Of a stretch of 42,930 nt of DNA, positions 8,424 to 16,700 are shown in pieces. The position numbers and the translations under genes were made by a program. Each line of letters opens with the position of its first letter. The first letter of the stretch is position 1. Location of the stretch: IMG/VR virus record IMGVR_UViG_3300007346_000055, positions 1 through 42,930 of that record; one strand, given 5' to 3'. The notes beneath the pieces are model-generated. The model saw only the letters and a list, made by a program, of their open reading frames with translations, was not told the DNA's origin and ran no database searches. This stretch comes from a virus. Taxonomy: Duplodnaviria > Caudoviricetes.

Positions 8424-8777
8424 TTAACCAAGTGGGTTAGGAACATCTGTGTATTTGGTATCAATCCATATTTGTTTACTTTGACCTTTATCGCCATCAC
8501 CTCTCCAAAATTTAACTTCAAATGGGATGTTTTTCTTTTGTAAAAGATTATTTAAATATCTCCAATCTGCTTTGGGTAATCTATATTGTCTTTCAATATA
8601 AAAAAGGTGATGTTCAGGATTAACAAAATTTATTTCAAATCCTTTATTTTCTAAAGTATCAAAATCGTCTTGAGTTAAAACAGATCCATCTTCTTCGTTT
8701 AATACTTCCATCATTTTTTTAGCTTGACCTTCAGTGATAATACCTGCTAATTGACTCATTCTTATAATGTCTTTCAT
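8424..8777 (-). CDS. Hypothetical protein with RMSQLAGIITE leader
   Basis: Has its own ATATTTAT motif upstream and a terminator downstream; the leader ends in ITE and LNE sites. Confidence 0.75.
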   Translation of the reverse strand: MKDIIRMSQLAGIITEGQAKKMMEVLNEEDGSVLTQDDFDTLENKGFEINFVNPEHHLFYIERQYRLPKADWRYLNNLLQKKNIPFEVKFWRGDGDKGQSKQIWIDTKYTDVPNPLG

Positions 8778-8792
8778 TTTATTGATTTTATC

Positions 8793-8800
8793 ATAAATAT
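8793..8800 (-). promoter_or_regulatory. Putative late promoter ATATTTAT
   Basis: Octamer 15 nt upstream of ATG 8777. Confidence 0.55.
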
Positions 8801-9573
8801 TATAACTTTCTTTTTACTTGAGTTTTAAACTCAGTAAATATTGGAGAATGCTTGGGGTTTTCTAAATCAAATAATTTTTTAACTGTTTTAAAGATATCTA
8901 GATTTTCTTCTTGGGTGCGAGATGACTCATACATTTCCCATCCTTTGCCTTGCATTTTACCACTTGCGCCCTTACGCTTAGAAGATTTTAACCAAAGAAT
9001 ACCATAACGGTCAGGTACTTTACCATAACATTCTTCATAACACTTACCATAAACAGCAGTTTGTAAATCATAAGTTGTTTGTAAATTATTAGATGTTTTA
9101 AAGTCTACAATCCAAAGTTGACCATCAATTTCACAAACCATATCACATGTACCTGCTACCTTAAGCTCGTCTGAAAATAAATGTACCTCAGTCTCAATTA
9201 ATGTTGGGTTATATTCTTCCCACCAATCAACAAAACGTAAAAACATTTGCCATACATCCGGGTGATATAATGGACCACCATGAGGACCTAAAAAGTTTAA
9301 TTCTTCTCCATTAAGGAAAGCCTCAATCATTTCATGTACTTGAGTACCTTCTTCACCTGCTTTTTTAACAATATATTCAGATGAATAACCTACTTTTTTT
9401 AACCAGTCTTCAAAGAATTTTCCTTTGGGGTAATATGATAAAACATAAGTTACTGAAGGATAATACTCTCCGTTACGTCTATAGTAACGTGAGTCTGGCA
9501 TAGTGATTTGTTTTGCATCTTCAGAAATTTGTAATATTCTATCGTAAGATTTTTTAATGTTTTTTTTACTCAT
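8800..9573 (-). CDS. PD-(D/E)XK exonuclease
   Basis: YPSVT, GTQVH, E..L.S, AGTCD, IVDFKTS and Q...Y motifs; adjacent to primase. Confidence 0.85.
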   Translation of the reverse strand: MSKKNIKKSYDRILQISEDAKQITMPDSRYYRRNGEYYPSVTYVLSYYPKGKFFEDWLKKVGYSSEYIVKKAGEEGTQVHEMIEAFLNGEELNFLGPHGGPLYHPDVWQMFLRFVDWWEEYNPTLIETEVHLFSDELKVAGTCDMVCEIDGQLWIVDFKTSNNLQTTYDLQTAVYGKCYEECYGKVPDRYGILWLKSSKRKGASGKMQGKGWEMYESSRTQEENLDIFKTVKKLFDLENPKHSPIFTEFKTQVKRKL

Positions 9574-10499
9574 AAAAATAGTTTTTTTCCCATTAACTCA
9601 GAGAATGTTAATGGATAAGTTTCTTGAATTAATTTAGTAAAGTTTTCAAAACCCATTTCACTTGGGTCTTTATCTTTCATATCTACTAAATAAACTTCTT
9701 TTCCTTCATTTAATAAACGCTCACAGAATTGTAAAGCTTGTTTTTGAGCGTCTTTATCAAGGGCAATATATATTTTATCTACAGAAGACATTACTATCTT
9801 CTTCATTAATTTTGTTTGAATATTTTTTCCTAAAAGCGGGACTACATTCCTTTTGATAGATATAGCGTCAAATGGTCCTTCGCATAATATAAGCGGTATA
9901 TTCCAGTTTATAAACAACTCAAATGGTATGATGTCGCGCGATACAGATGGATTCTTATATTTTAAAGTAGAGTTTTTATCAAAGTTTCTAGCAGTAAAAT
10001 AATTTAGTTTTCCTTCAGCATCATATGATGGAATAACAATCATTTTTTTATAAGGGCCTGAAGTGCAATATCCAATATTATATTTTAAAATATCTTCTTC
10101 TGTTATTCCTCTAGACTTTAGATAAGCTAAAGCATGTCTTCCTTCAATATCTGATTTAGGAATGTCTTTAAATGCTTTAAATTCTTTAGGTAAAGTTAAC
10201 TTATTAACAGTCTCAACTATTTTTTCAGGACCTGTATATTTTACAATAGAGTTTAACTCTGTTATTTTATCAGGATGAGCTTCAACTGCCTTAAATAATT
10301 GATATACTTTTTTACCTTTTCTATCACACACCCAACAATGCCAAGGATTTTCTCCTTTAGCATTTTCTTTCATATTGACTTCTAACTTAGGCTTATGGTG
10401 ATTACAAAAAGGACAATGGTAAGCATAGTTACCACTTGCTGTTTGTTTGCCTGTTCCTAGGACAGAGTTAACTAATGCAATCAAAGGCTGATTGAGCAT
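9570..10499 (-). CDS. DNA primase (Zn finger plus TOPRIM)
   Basis: CPFC...HCWVC zinc finger, YLKSRG, KYKNP, LCEGPFD, ALDKD, KDPSE. Confidence 0.92.
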   Translation of the reverse strand: MLNQPLIALVNSVLGTGKQTASGNYAYHCPFCNHHKPKLEVNMKENAKGENPWHCWVCDRKGKKVYQLFKAVEAHPDKITELNSIVKYTGPEKIVETVNKLTLPKEFKAFKDIPKSDIEGRHALAYLKSRGITEEDILKYNIGYCTSGPYKKMIVIPSYDAEGKLNYFTARNFDKNSTLKYKNPSVSRDIIPFELFINWNIPLILCEGPFDAISIKRNVVPLLGKNIQTKLMKKIVMSSVDKIYIALDKDAQKQALQFCERLLNEGKEVYLVDMKDKDPSEMGFENFTKLIQETYPLTFSELMGKKLFL

Positions 10500-10503
10500 A
10501 GTC

Positions 10504-10534
10504 TTAATATAATAAGAGATAATTAAGAAGCAAA
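10504..10534 (-). promoter_or_regulatory. Bacteroidota-type promoter for primase/exonuclease
   Basis: TTTG-N19-TATATTAA. Confidence 0.65.
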
Positions 10535-10999
10535 GTCTTTGGTGAAAAACTTTCCTAAAATATTATCATTAAAATATCCTTCTGGGTGTTCTAACACACC
10601 ATATTTAAATAAAAACTTACATTCATAGTAAGTTAAAAGTTTTTTATTAGGAACCAATTGTAAAATTTCACGGGTAAATTCCTCTTGTTTACCATCCTTT
10701 ATGTATTCTAAAATTGGTTTAGCAGAGCCATAATAGGTTTTCCAGTCTGATTCTTTTGTTACTACTTTTGTAGCTGATTTTCTACCTGGGCCTGTTTGTT
10801 CTGCTAGTTCCTTTTTTGTTAGTTTTTTCTTTACGTTATGGTAAAGAACTTTTTTACCAAGGTAACATATTCCTGTAGGTCTATGAGTTACAATGTAAAT
10901 AAAACCATAAGTATCTTCTGGGAAATCTTCAATTGTAAGATATTCTTTTTTTATTTTTGTTCCCCAATCTGTTTCTGTTTTTGAAAACCAATTATTCAT
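10523..10999 (-). CDS. GIY-YIG-family nuclease
   Basis: YGFIY...CYLGKK, WKTYYGS, conserved E and FNDNI. Confidence 0.7.
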   Translation of the reverse strand: MNNWFSKTETDWGTKIKKEYLTIEDFPEDTYGFIYIVTHRPTGICYLGKKVLYHNVKKKLTKKELAEQTGPGRKSATKVVTKESDWKTYYGSAKPILEYIKDGKQEEFTREILQLVPNKKLLTYYECKFLFKYGVLEHPEGYFNDNILGKFFTKDFAS

Positions 11000-11004
11000 A
11001 AAAT

Positions 11005-12027
11005 TTATCTATCCATGTTTATAAGGATTGTTGTGTCTGTAGTTGGACTTGTAAGTAATGGTTGAGATAATTTACCAACTGCTAATAAGTTTTGATCATT
11101 ATCATATAAACCTACTGTTGTAATATAAGGACTAAAATCAGATCCTGTAGCCCAACTATTTAAATATTGTCCAGGAGTATAGAATGTACCTATTGAACTT
11201 GAATAAGGTACACTGCCTGAAGAAACAGATGGGTTTAAAGTGAAATTATACTCATTTTCATTAATAGTACATTTATATTGAGTTTCATAAATAGTTAATG
11301 AAGATGAGAATGAACAAGTTACATTAGAAGATGTTACAAAATTTTCAACTATAACAGAATCTGATACTCCATAAAGAGATGAACCATATCTAGCTGTTCC
11401 ATAAGTATCTCCTTGGGGTGATGAATCACTAGTAATTACTGCTATACCGTGGCTATAAAATATATTACCACATATTTGTCCTGTACTAGTAAAGATTAAA
11501 TTACCTTCTCCATCATCGGTTATAGAACCACTAGGAGCAATCCAAGAAAAAGAATTAGGTTGAATATAATTTCCAAACACTCCTGTTGGTATAGATATAA
11601 CACCTATGGTTGAATCAGAACCTGTTGGAAAATATTTTTGGAAAGTTATATCTGTTTGTAAATAATTATAATATCTACCTTGAGAAGAAGTAGGTCCTAC
11701 TATAACATCTCCTTCAACATCATATCCAGGTATTAAACTAGAGGTAGTAGGTTGGGCTCCAAAACTACTTGTAGTATTTAAGTAGTTAGAGTAATAAAGT
11801 AATTTTATAGACTCATAAACCAATTGTTGGTCTTGAGGAGTTATCTGACCCGTAGTAGGATTTGATCCTGATAGGAAAGGGATTAAATTTATATTTTTTC
11901 CTAAATAACGATCAATACCAACAGTAGAACCAGTTAAAGCAGCCGCCCCTTCAAAGGAGAATCTCTTGTTAACCTCAAATGGTGTAACAATTATATCTGA
12001 CGCTAGAAACTGTTTGTACGCGCTCAT
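11005..12027 (-). CDS. Virion structural protein (baseplate/tail)
   Basis: Ser/Thr/Gly-rich; C-terminal PYITTVGLYDNDQNLLAVGKLSQP, shared with the next gene. Confidence 0.7.
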   Translation of the reverse strand: MSAYKQFLASDIIVTPFEVNKRFSFEGAAALTGSTVGIDRYLGKNINLIPFLSGSNPTTGQITPQDQQLVYESIKLLYYSNYLNTTSSFGAQPTTSSLIPGYDVEGDVIVGPTSSQGRYYNYLQTDITFQKYFPTGSDSTIGVISIPTGVFGNYIQPNSFSWIAPSGSITDDGEGNLIFTSTGQICGNIFYSHGIAVITSDSSPQGDTYGTARYGSSLYGVSDSVIVENFVTSSNVTCSFSSSLTIYETQYKCTINENEYNFTLNPSVSSGSVPYSSSIGTFYTPGQYLNSWATGSDFSPYITTVGLYDNDQNLLAVGKLSQPLLTSPTTDTTILINMDR

Positions 12028-12032
12028 TCATT

Positions 12033-13097
12033 TTAGAAATCTAACTTAACTCTAATCAAAGCTTCTTTTGTAAAGTCTTTAGTTAAAGGTCTAGAAAGTT
12101 TAGCAACTGCTAATAATTCGTTATTGTCATTATACATTCCTACAGTTGTTATATAAGTAACAGGATTATTAATAAATGAACTATATAATACTTCACCTGT
12201 TGAACCTGATATAAAACTTGGGTTTTCTGAATAGTTAAACTCTGAACTTCTTGGTCTTACAAAGATATAATCAGCAGTAATAGTTTCATCTGAATTAATA
12301 GTGAAACTAGCAGCTCCTGCTGAACCTGAAATAGCTTTATACATAGAAGACATAGGAGTAATTCCTGGTAAGGCTGAACCTGTACCTGCGTTTCCTGAAT
12401 CTGTTGAACCACTATATCCAAAAGCAATACCTCCACTAATAGCTGGTTGAGCTAAGGCTGTTGAGTTTAATAGAATAGTTCCAATGTCTGGTAAGAACCA
12501 ACCATATGAACCTGACTTAGCAGAATAACCATCTGAAGTAGTTCCATCGTTGGTTATTTTAGTACCTGCTGAACCAGAAATTAATTGGTATACTCTTCCT
12601 GCTTCATTAAAAGTTTCAGCTACAATATATTGACTATTGTCTGTTAAAGATATATTTCCAGCACTTCCTGAAATTTTTAAGGTTAATGAACCTGGGAGTA
12701 ATGATTCTTTATATCTAGCTCTTTCAAAAGTAATAGCGTGGAATTGGGATTGGGTAACATTACCAAATACAAAGTCTGTATTTTCATCTCCAATTACTAA
12801 GTTTTGGTATTGACCATAAACAGTAGATGAAGGTGATTTTCCATCAACTGCTAAGTTATATACTCTACTACCGCTACCATATTTGTTACCATAAGCAATT
12901 CCAAATTGAACTGCTGAACCTGATAAATCAGATCCTGTTTGGTATACATTTAGATAAAAATCTCCAGAGGCACCAGCTTCTTGTACTGAAGAAGAGTAAA
13001 ATTGAGTTAACTCAGCATTACCTGTTGACCACATTGGGGCAACAACAGAGTCAGCACTTATTACGAAATCATCAGCTTCTAATCTTTTAAATGACAT
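12033..13097 (-). CDS. Virion structural protein (baseplate/tail), paralog of 11005..12027
   Basis: C-terminal TYITTVGMYNDNNELLAVAKLSRP; many SGS motifs. Confidence 0.7.
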   Translation of the reverse strand: MSFKRLEADDFVISADSVVAPMWSTGNAELTQFYSSSVQEAGASGDFYLNVYQTGSDLSGSAVQFGIAYGNKYGSGSRVYNLAVDGKSPSSTVYGQYQNLVIGDENTDFVFGNVTQSQFHAITFERARYKESLLPGSLTLKISGSAGNISLTDNSQYIVAETFNEAGRVYQLISGSAGTKITNDGTTSDGYSAKSGSYGWFLPDIGTILLNSTALAQPAISGGIAFGYSGSTDSGNAGTGSALPGITPMSSMYKAISGSAGAASFTINSDETITADYIFVRPRSSEFNYSENPSFISGSTGEVLYSSFINNPVTYITTVGMYNDNNELLAVAKLSRPLTKDFTKEALIRVKLDF

Positions 13098-13107
13098 ATT
13101 CTATATA

Positions 13108-13749
13108 TTAAGATACTTTATTTACTTGAACAGGAATAGTTACTCTAGCTCCACTATCTCTACCTACAATTGTTAATGTAGTATACAAAGTAGTAGTTGT
13201 AGTTCCAAATAATGTATTAACAGTAGTACCTCTTAAACTTAAAGTTGTACCAATTACTGTCTTAGATACATTAGTTCCAACAGTTGTTGTTTGGTTAAGA
13301 GTAGTAGCTTGATCTGTGTTAATACCTACACCTTCAAAAGTTGACATTAATCTAGCATCAGCAATTGTAAAGGTATATCCTGAACTTTCTTTTCTGCTAA
13401 AGTAGTTAGCTGTTTCAGGATCAATAACTTGTGATTGACCTTGTTTAATATTAACAATTGATACTGTTTCAAGAATTGGCATTTTAGCTGTACCACGAGG
13501 TAAAGTAGTTAATTTATACTTCATCACTTGAGTTTCTTGAGGGAATGCTTCTAACAAAGGCATATTTTGAATTGCCTCACCATAGAAAGCAGAACCTGAA
13601 GGGTGTGTTGGATTGTAAAGAGTATAATCAATTTCATCATCAGCTAAGGCAAATTGTGTAATATTAAAATTACCTTGAGCTAATAATTCTCTTCCTTTTG
13701 TAGTTAAAATAGCATCAACTGTTACTACTGAATTATTTAAATATCCCAT
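13108..13749 (-). CDS. Virion structural protein (baseplate/tail-fibre attachment-like)
   Basis: N-terminal ILTTKGRELLAQG..ITQFALAD motif, typical of tail-collar/fibre N-termini; Thr-rich beta C-terminus. Confidence 0.6.
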   Translation of the reverse strand: MGYLNNSVVTVDAILTTKGRELLAQGNFNITQFALADDEIDYTLYNPTHPSGSAFYGEAIQNMPLLEAFPQETQVMKYKLTTLPRGTAKMPILETVSIVNIKQGQSQVIDPETANYFSRKESSGYTFTIADARLMSTFEGVGINTDQATTLNQTTTVGTNVSKTVIGTTLSLRGTTVNTLFGTTTTTLYTTLTIVGRDSGARVTIPVQVNKVS

Positions 13750-13766
13750 TATTGTGTAGTTTTATT

Positions 13767-13774
13767 ATAAATAT
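13767..13774 (-). promoter_or_regulatory. Putative late promoter ATATTTAT
   Basis: Octamer upstream of ATG 13749. Confidence 0.55.
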
Positions 13775-13793
13775 ATTAATTTTTTGTTTTTTA

Positions 13794-16700
13794 TTATATT
13801 AGATTATTAGTTTGGTATTGATTAATTATATTATCTAAATTATCTTTTAATTTTTGGGTTGGATAAAGAGGTAATATTAAACCGGGTCCTACTAAAGTGT
13901 TACCTGATTCAATAATTAAATTATCTGAGCTAAATGCCCATCTTCTAATAGAGAAATAATCTAAATTAATTGAAATATTAGAGGCAATAGGACTATTTAA
14001 ATATAAATAAAGAATACTATTTATACCATCATATTCAACAGAATTAATAACATATACTTTTGATTCATCTCCTTCAAACCTTATTTCATCTAAAGGATTA
14101 ATTACAAAAGGTTGAGGATTGCCAAATCCACTAGATGTATTATTTGATGTGAGCTCTTCTTGTTGAAAAAAACCACCATAAAAATAAGACATATCAGCTG
14201 AGGCTGTTAATATGTATTGACTATTAGATCCTGTAGTAAAATAATAAGAACCAATATCAATAGAATAATTACTATTAGAACCTGTAAATGGGTTAACTTC
14301 ATAATTATTAAAATCATATCTATCTAGATCGTTAGAAAGTGAATTTAATGTCACGTAAAAAGTGTCTCCTGGAGATAAATAAATACTGGAAGATATACCA
14401 TGTTGGTTATTTATAGAACCTGTATCTGAGGTTTTAGACGCACTAGCTATTTCAGTACCATTTTTATAAATTTTTAAAACTACATCTGCAGTATCTGGAG
14501 GTCCAACACCAGGATCATTTACATCATAACTCATTGACGCTGTTATAGAACCTCTTAAAGGAGTATAACCTTGAGGATATATATAAAGTCCAGTAGATGC
14601 GGTTAAAGCATTAGCTTGATTAATAGTAGGGGTATTAAAACTAGCTGTTGTTTCTGTATTTTTTGGTAAGTTATACTCATAAGGTCCAATTGCTTTAGCT
14701 TTTATAGATGTATTTACTCCAGGAGCTAAACTCATAGAAATATTATCATAATAACCATTAACTAAATAATTTTGACCTACAGAACCTGTGTCTGAATGAA
14801 GAATATTCTGGGAGTTTACTAAAGGTTTATATATAGAATAAGATTGGGTAGCATTAAGAAAATTAGAACTACTTATATTACTAAGTACAACTTGGTCATT
14901 TGTACTAAAATTATTATATATTACTGTTGAATAAACATTTCCTTCTGTTGTATTAGGCTTATATACTTTTCCATCTTCATCAGCTACAAATCCTATCCTA
15001 TAATTTCCACTACCTGATAACTCTGCTAATGTTCCTCCTCTTCCTCCTGGGGTGTATATAAAATAAGGGATTGTTTGTTCAACATTTGGAAGTTGACCTA
15101 TTCCACTACCTGTGATAGGTATTTGGTTAAATCCAGGTGATGTAGATCTACTACCAAAATATCTTGGGTTCGCACTTCTAGCCATAGTATAATTAGAATC
15201 AGGAACAGTAGCTTTTGTAGCGCTTCCACTTAATAACACCTGTTGATTAACTGGAATTGTTGTGCCTTGGGAGTAATCAACATCAAATAAGTTTACACTT
15301 GGTCTATAAGTGTCTACAAAATTAATTATAGGATCATTATTTATATCTTCAGGGAGTGCTTCAAATACTGTAAAATTACTTAAATTAATAGGATCAACAG
15401 TTGCACCACCAATAATATTTAAAAGATATACTTTAGGATTCATTCCTTTAACCTCAAATTTATCAATAACTTGTGGACTAGTAGTTAAAGTTATTAAACC
15501 TATATCTTCATAATATGGAGATGTGGATTTCTCTGTAACTCCATTAGCAAATGTTCTATTTGAATTTACTACAGCAAGTTTAGCATTAGGATTTCCTGTG
15601 GCTGTAAAACTTAAATAATATGTTTTATCTTCTTCAAAATTATAATCAATTAAATTAGCGGCACTTGCTGTTACTCTAGGCCATCCCTTATATACACCAG
15701 GAGCAAAGAATGGTGCAGGATAAGTATATGCTACAGGTAGTAAAGGAGTTTGAAATACTTCAACAAAATTAATAGTATTGTTTGATAGGTTTCCATCTGT
15801 AACAACATATTCAGATCCTTTTAACTCACCATTAAATTCATATTCATTAGTATAATATTTTTCAACTGAACCTGAAGGTGTTTGGGTTGTTTCTGAGAAT
15901 CCATTTATAGAAGAGGCTGTAACACTTGTAATTGTTATATCAGCTGAGCTTGAGTAATTATCATTAGCTATTAAAAGATACCCTGATTTGAAGTCATAAT
16001 TAAAGTTAAAGGTTTCTTCATAATAACCACTTAATAAAGAGGAAGTAACAATAGTAGTTGTATTTCTTAAAAAGTAACTAGAAGGTAAACTAGCACTATC
16101 ATATACTTTTAAAGCGGTAGTAGCAGGAGATCCTCCGCCATATGAGGAAGACATAGCAAAACTTACGTTATGAAGTCCTGATTGTGATAAAAATATTCTA
16201 CCAACTTGTCCTGGTTCTATTAAGAAAGAAGCTGAAGTAGCTATAGTAGGAACATAATCTATAAAAGCACCACCATTTGATCCTATGGTTTCTTCTATTT
16301 CAATAGAACCTGTTAATGTTAAATCTTGATATACTCCTGGTTCATTCCATCCTGAATTGCTTCCTGAAAAAGAAGTAGTTGTTTGAGTATCTAACTGAGG
16401 TACAGGATATTTATTTCTTTCTAATAAATGTTGTTTAATAACAATACCTGTACTTAATCCTGCTCTTGCTGGTGTATAGTCTTTAAGAATTTTAAATAAT
16501 GAGTTATCATAATATTTAATTAATCTTATAAAATCCCACCAATCATAATTTGCTTTATATTTTTCAAAGTATGCTTCTCTTAAAATATCTAACTCAGGGT
16601 ATGACTCAGATGATGAAGATACTTGTCTTGGATCACCAATATATTCTCCAATATTAAAGTAACCTAAAGTTGAATTAATATCTTCATTTATTTCATTTTG

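Noticed and set aside
8800-9573. Cas4 or CRISPR association of the PD-(D/E)XK nuclease
   Set aside because: No Cas4-type Fe-S cysteine arrangement, no cas neighbours and no repeat-spacer array; the context next to primase fits a replication or recombination exonuclease.
10523-10999. Intron-encoded homing endonuclease
   Set aside because: The gene is free-standing, the flanking genes are uninterrupted and there is no non-coding space for an intron.
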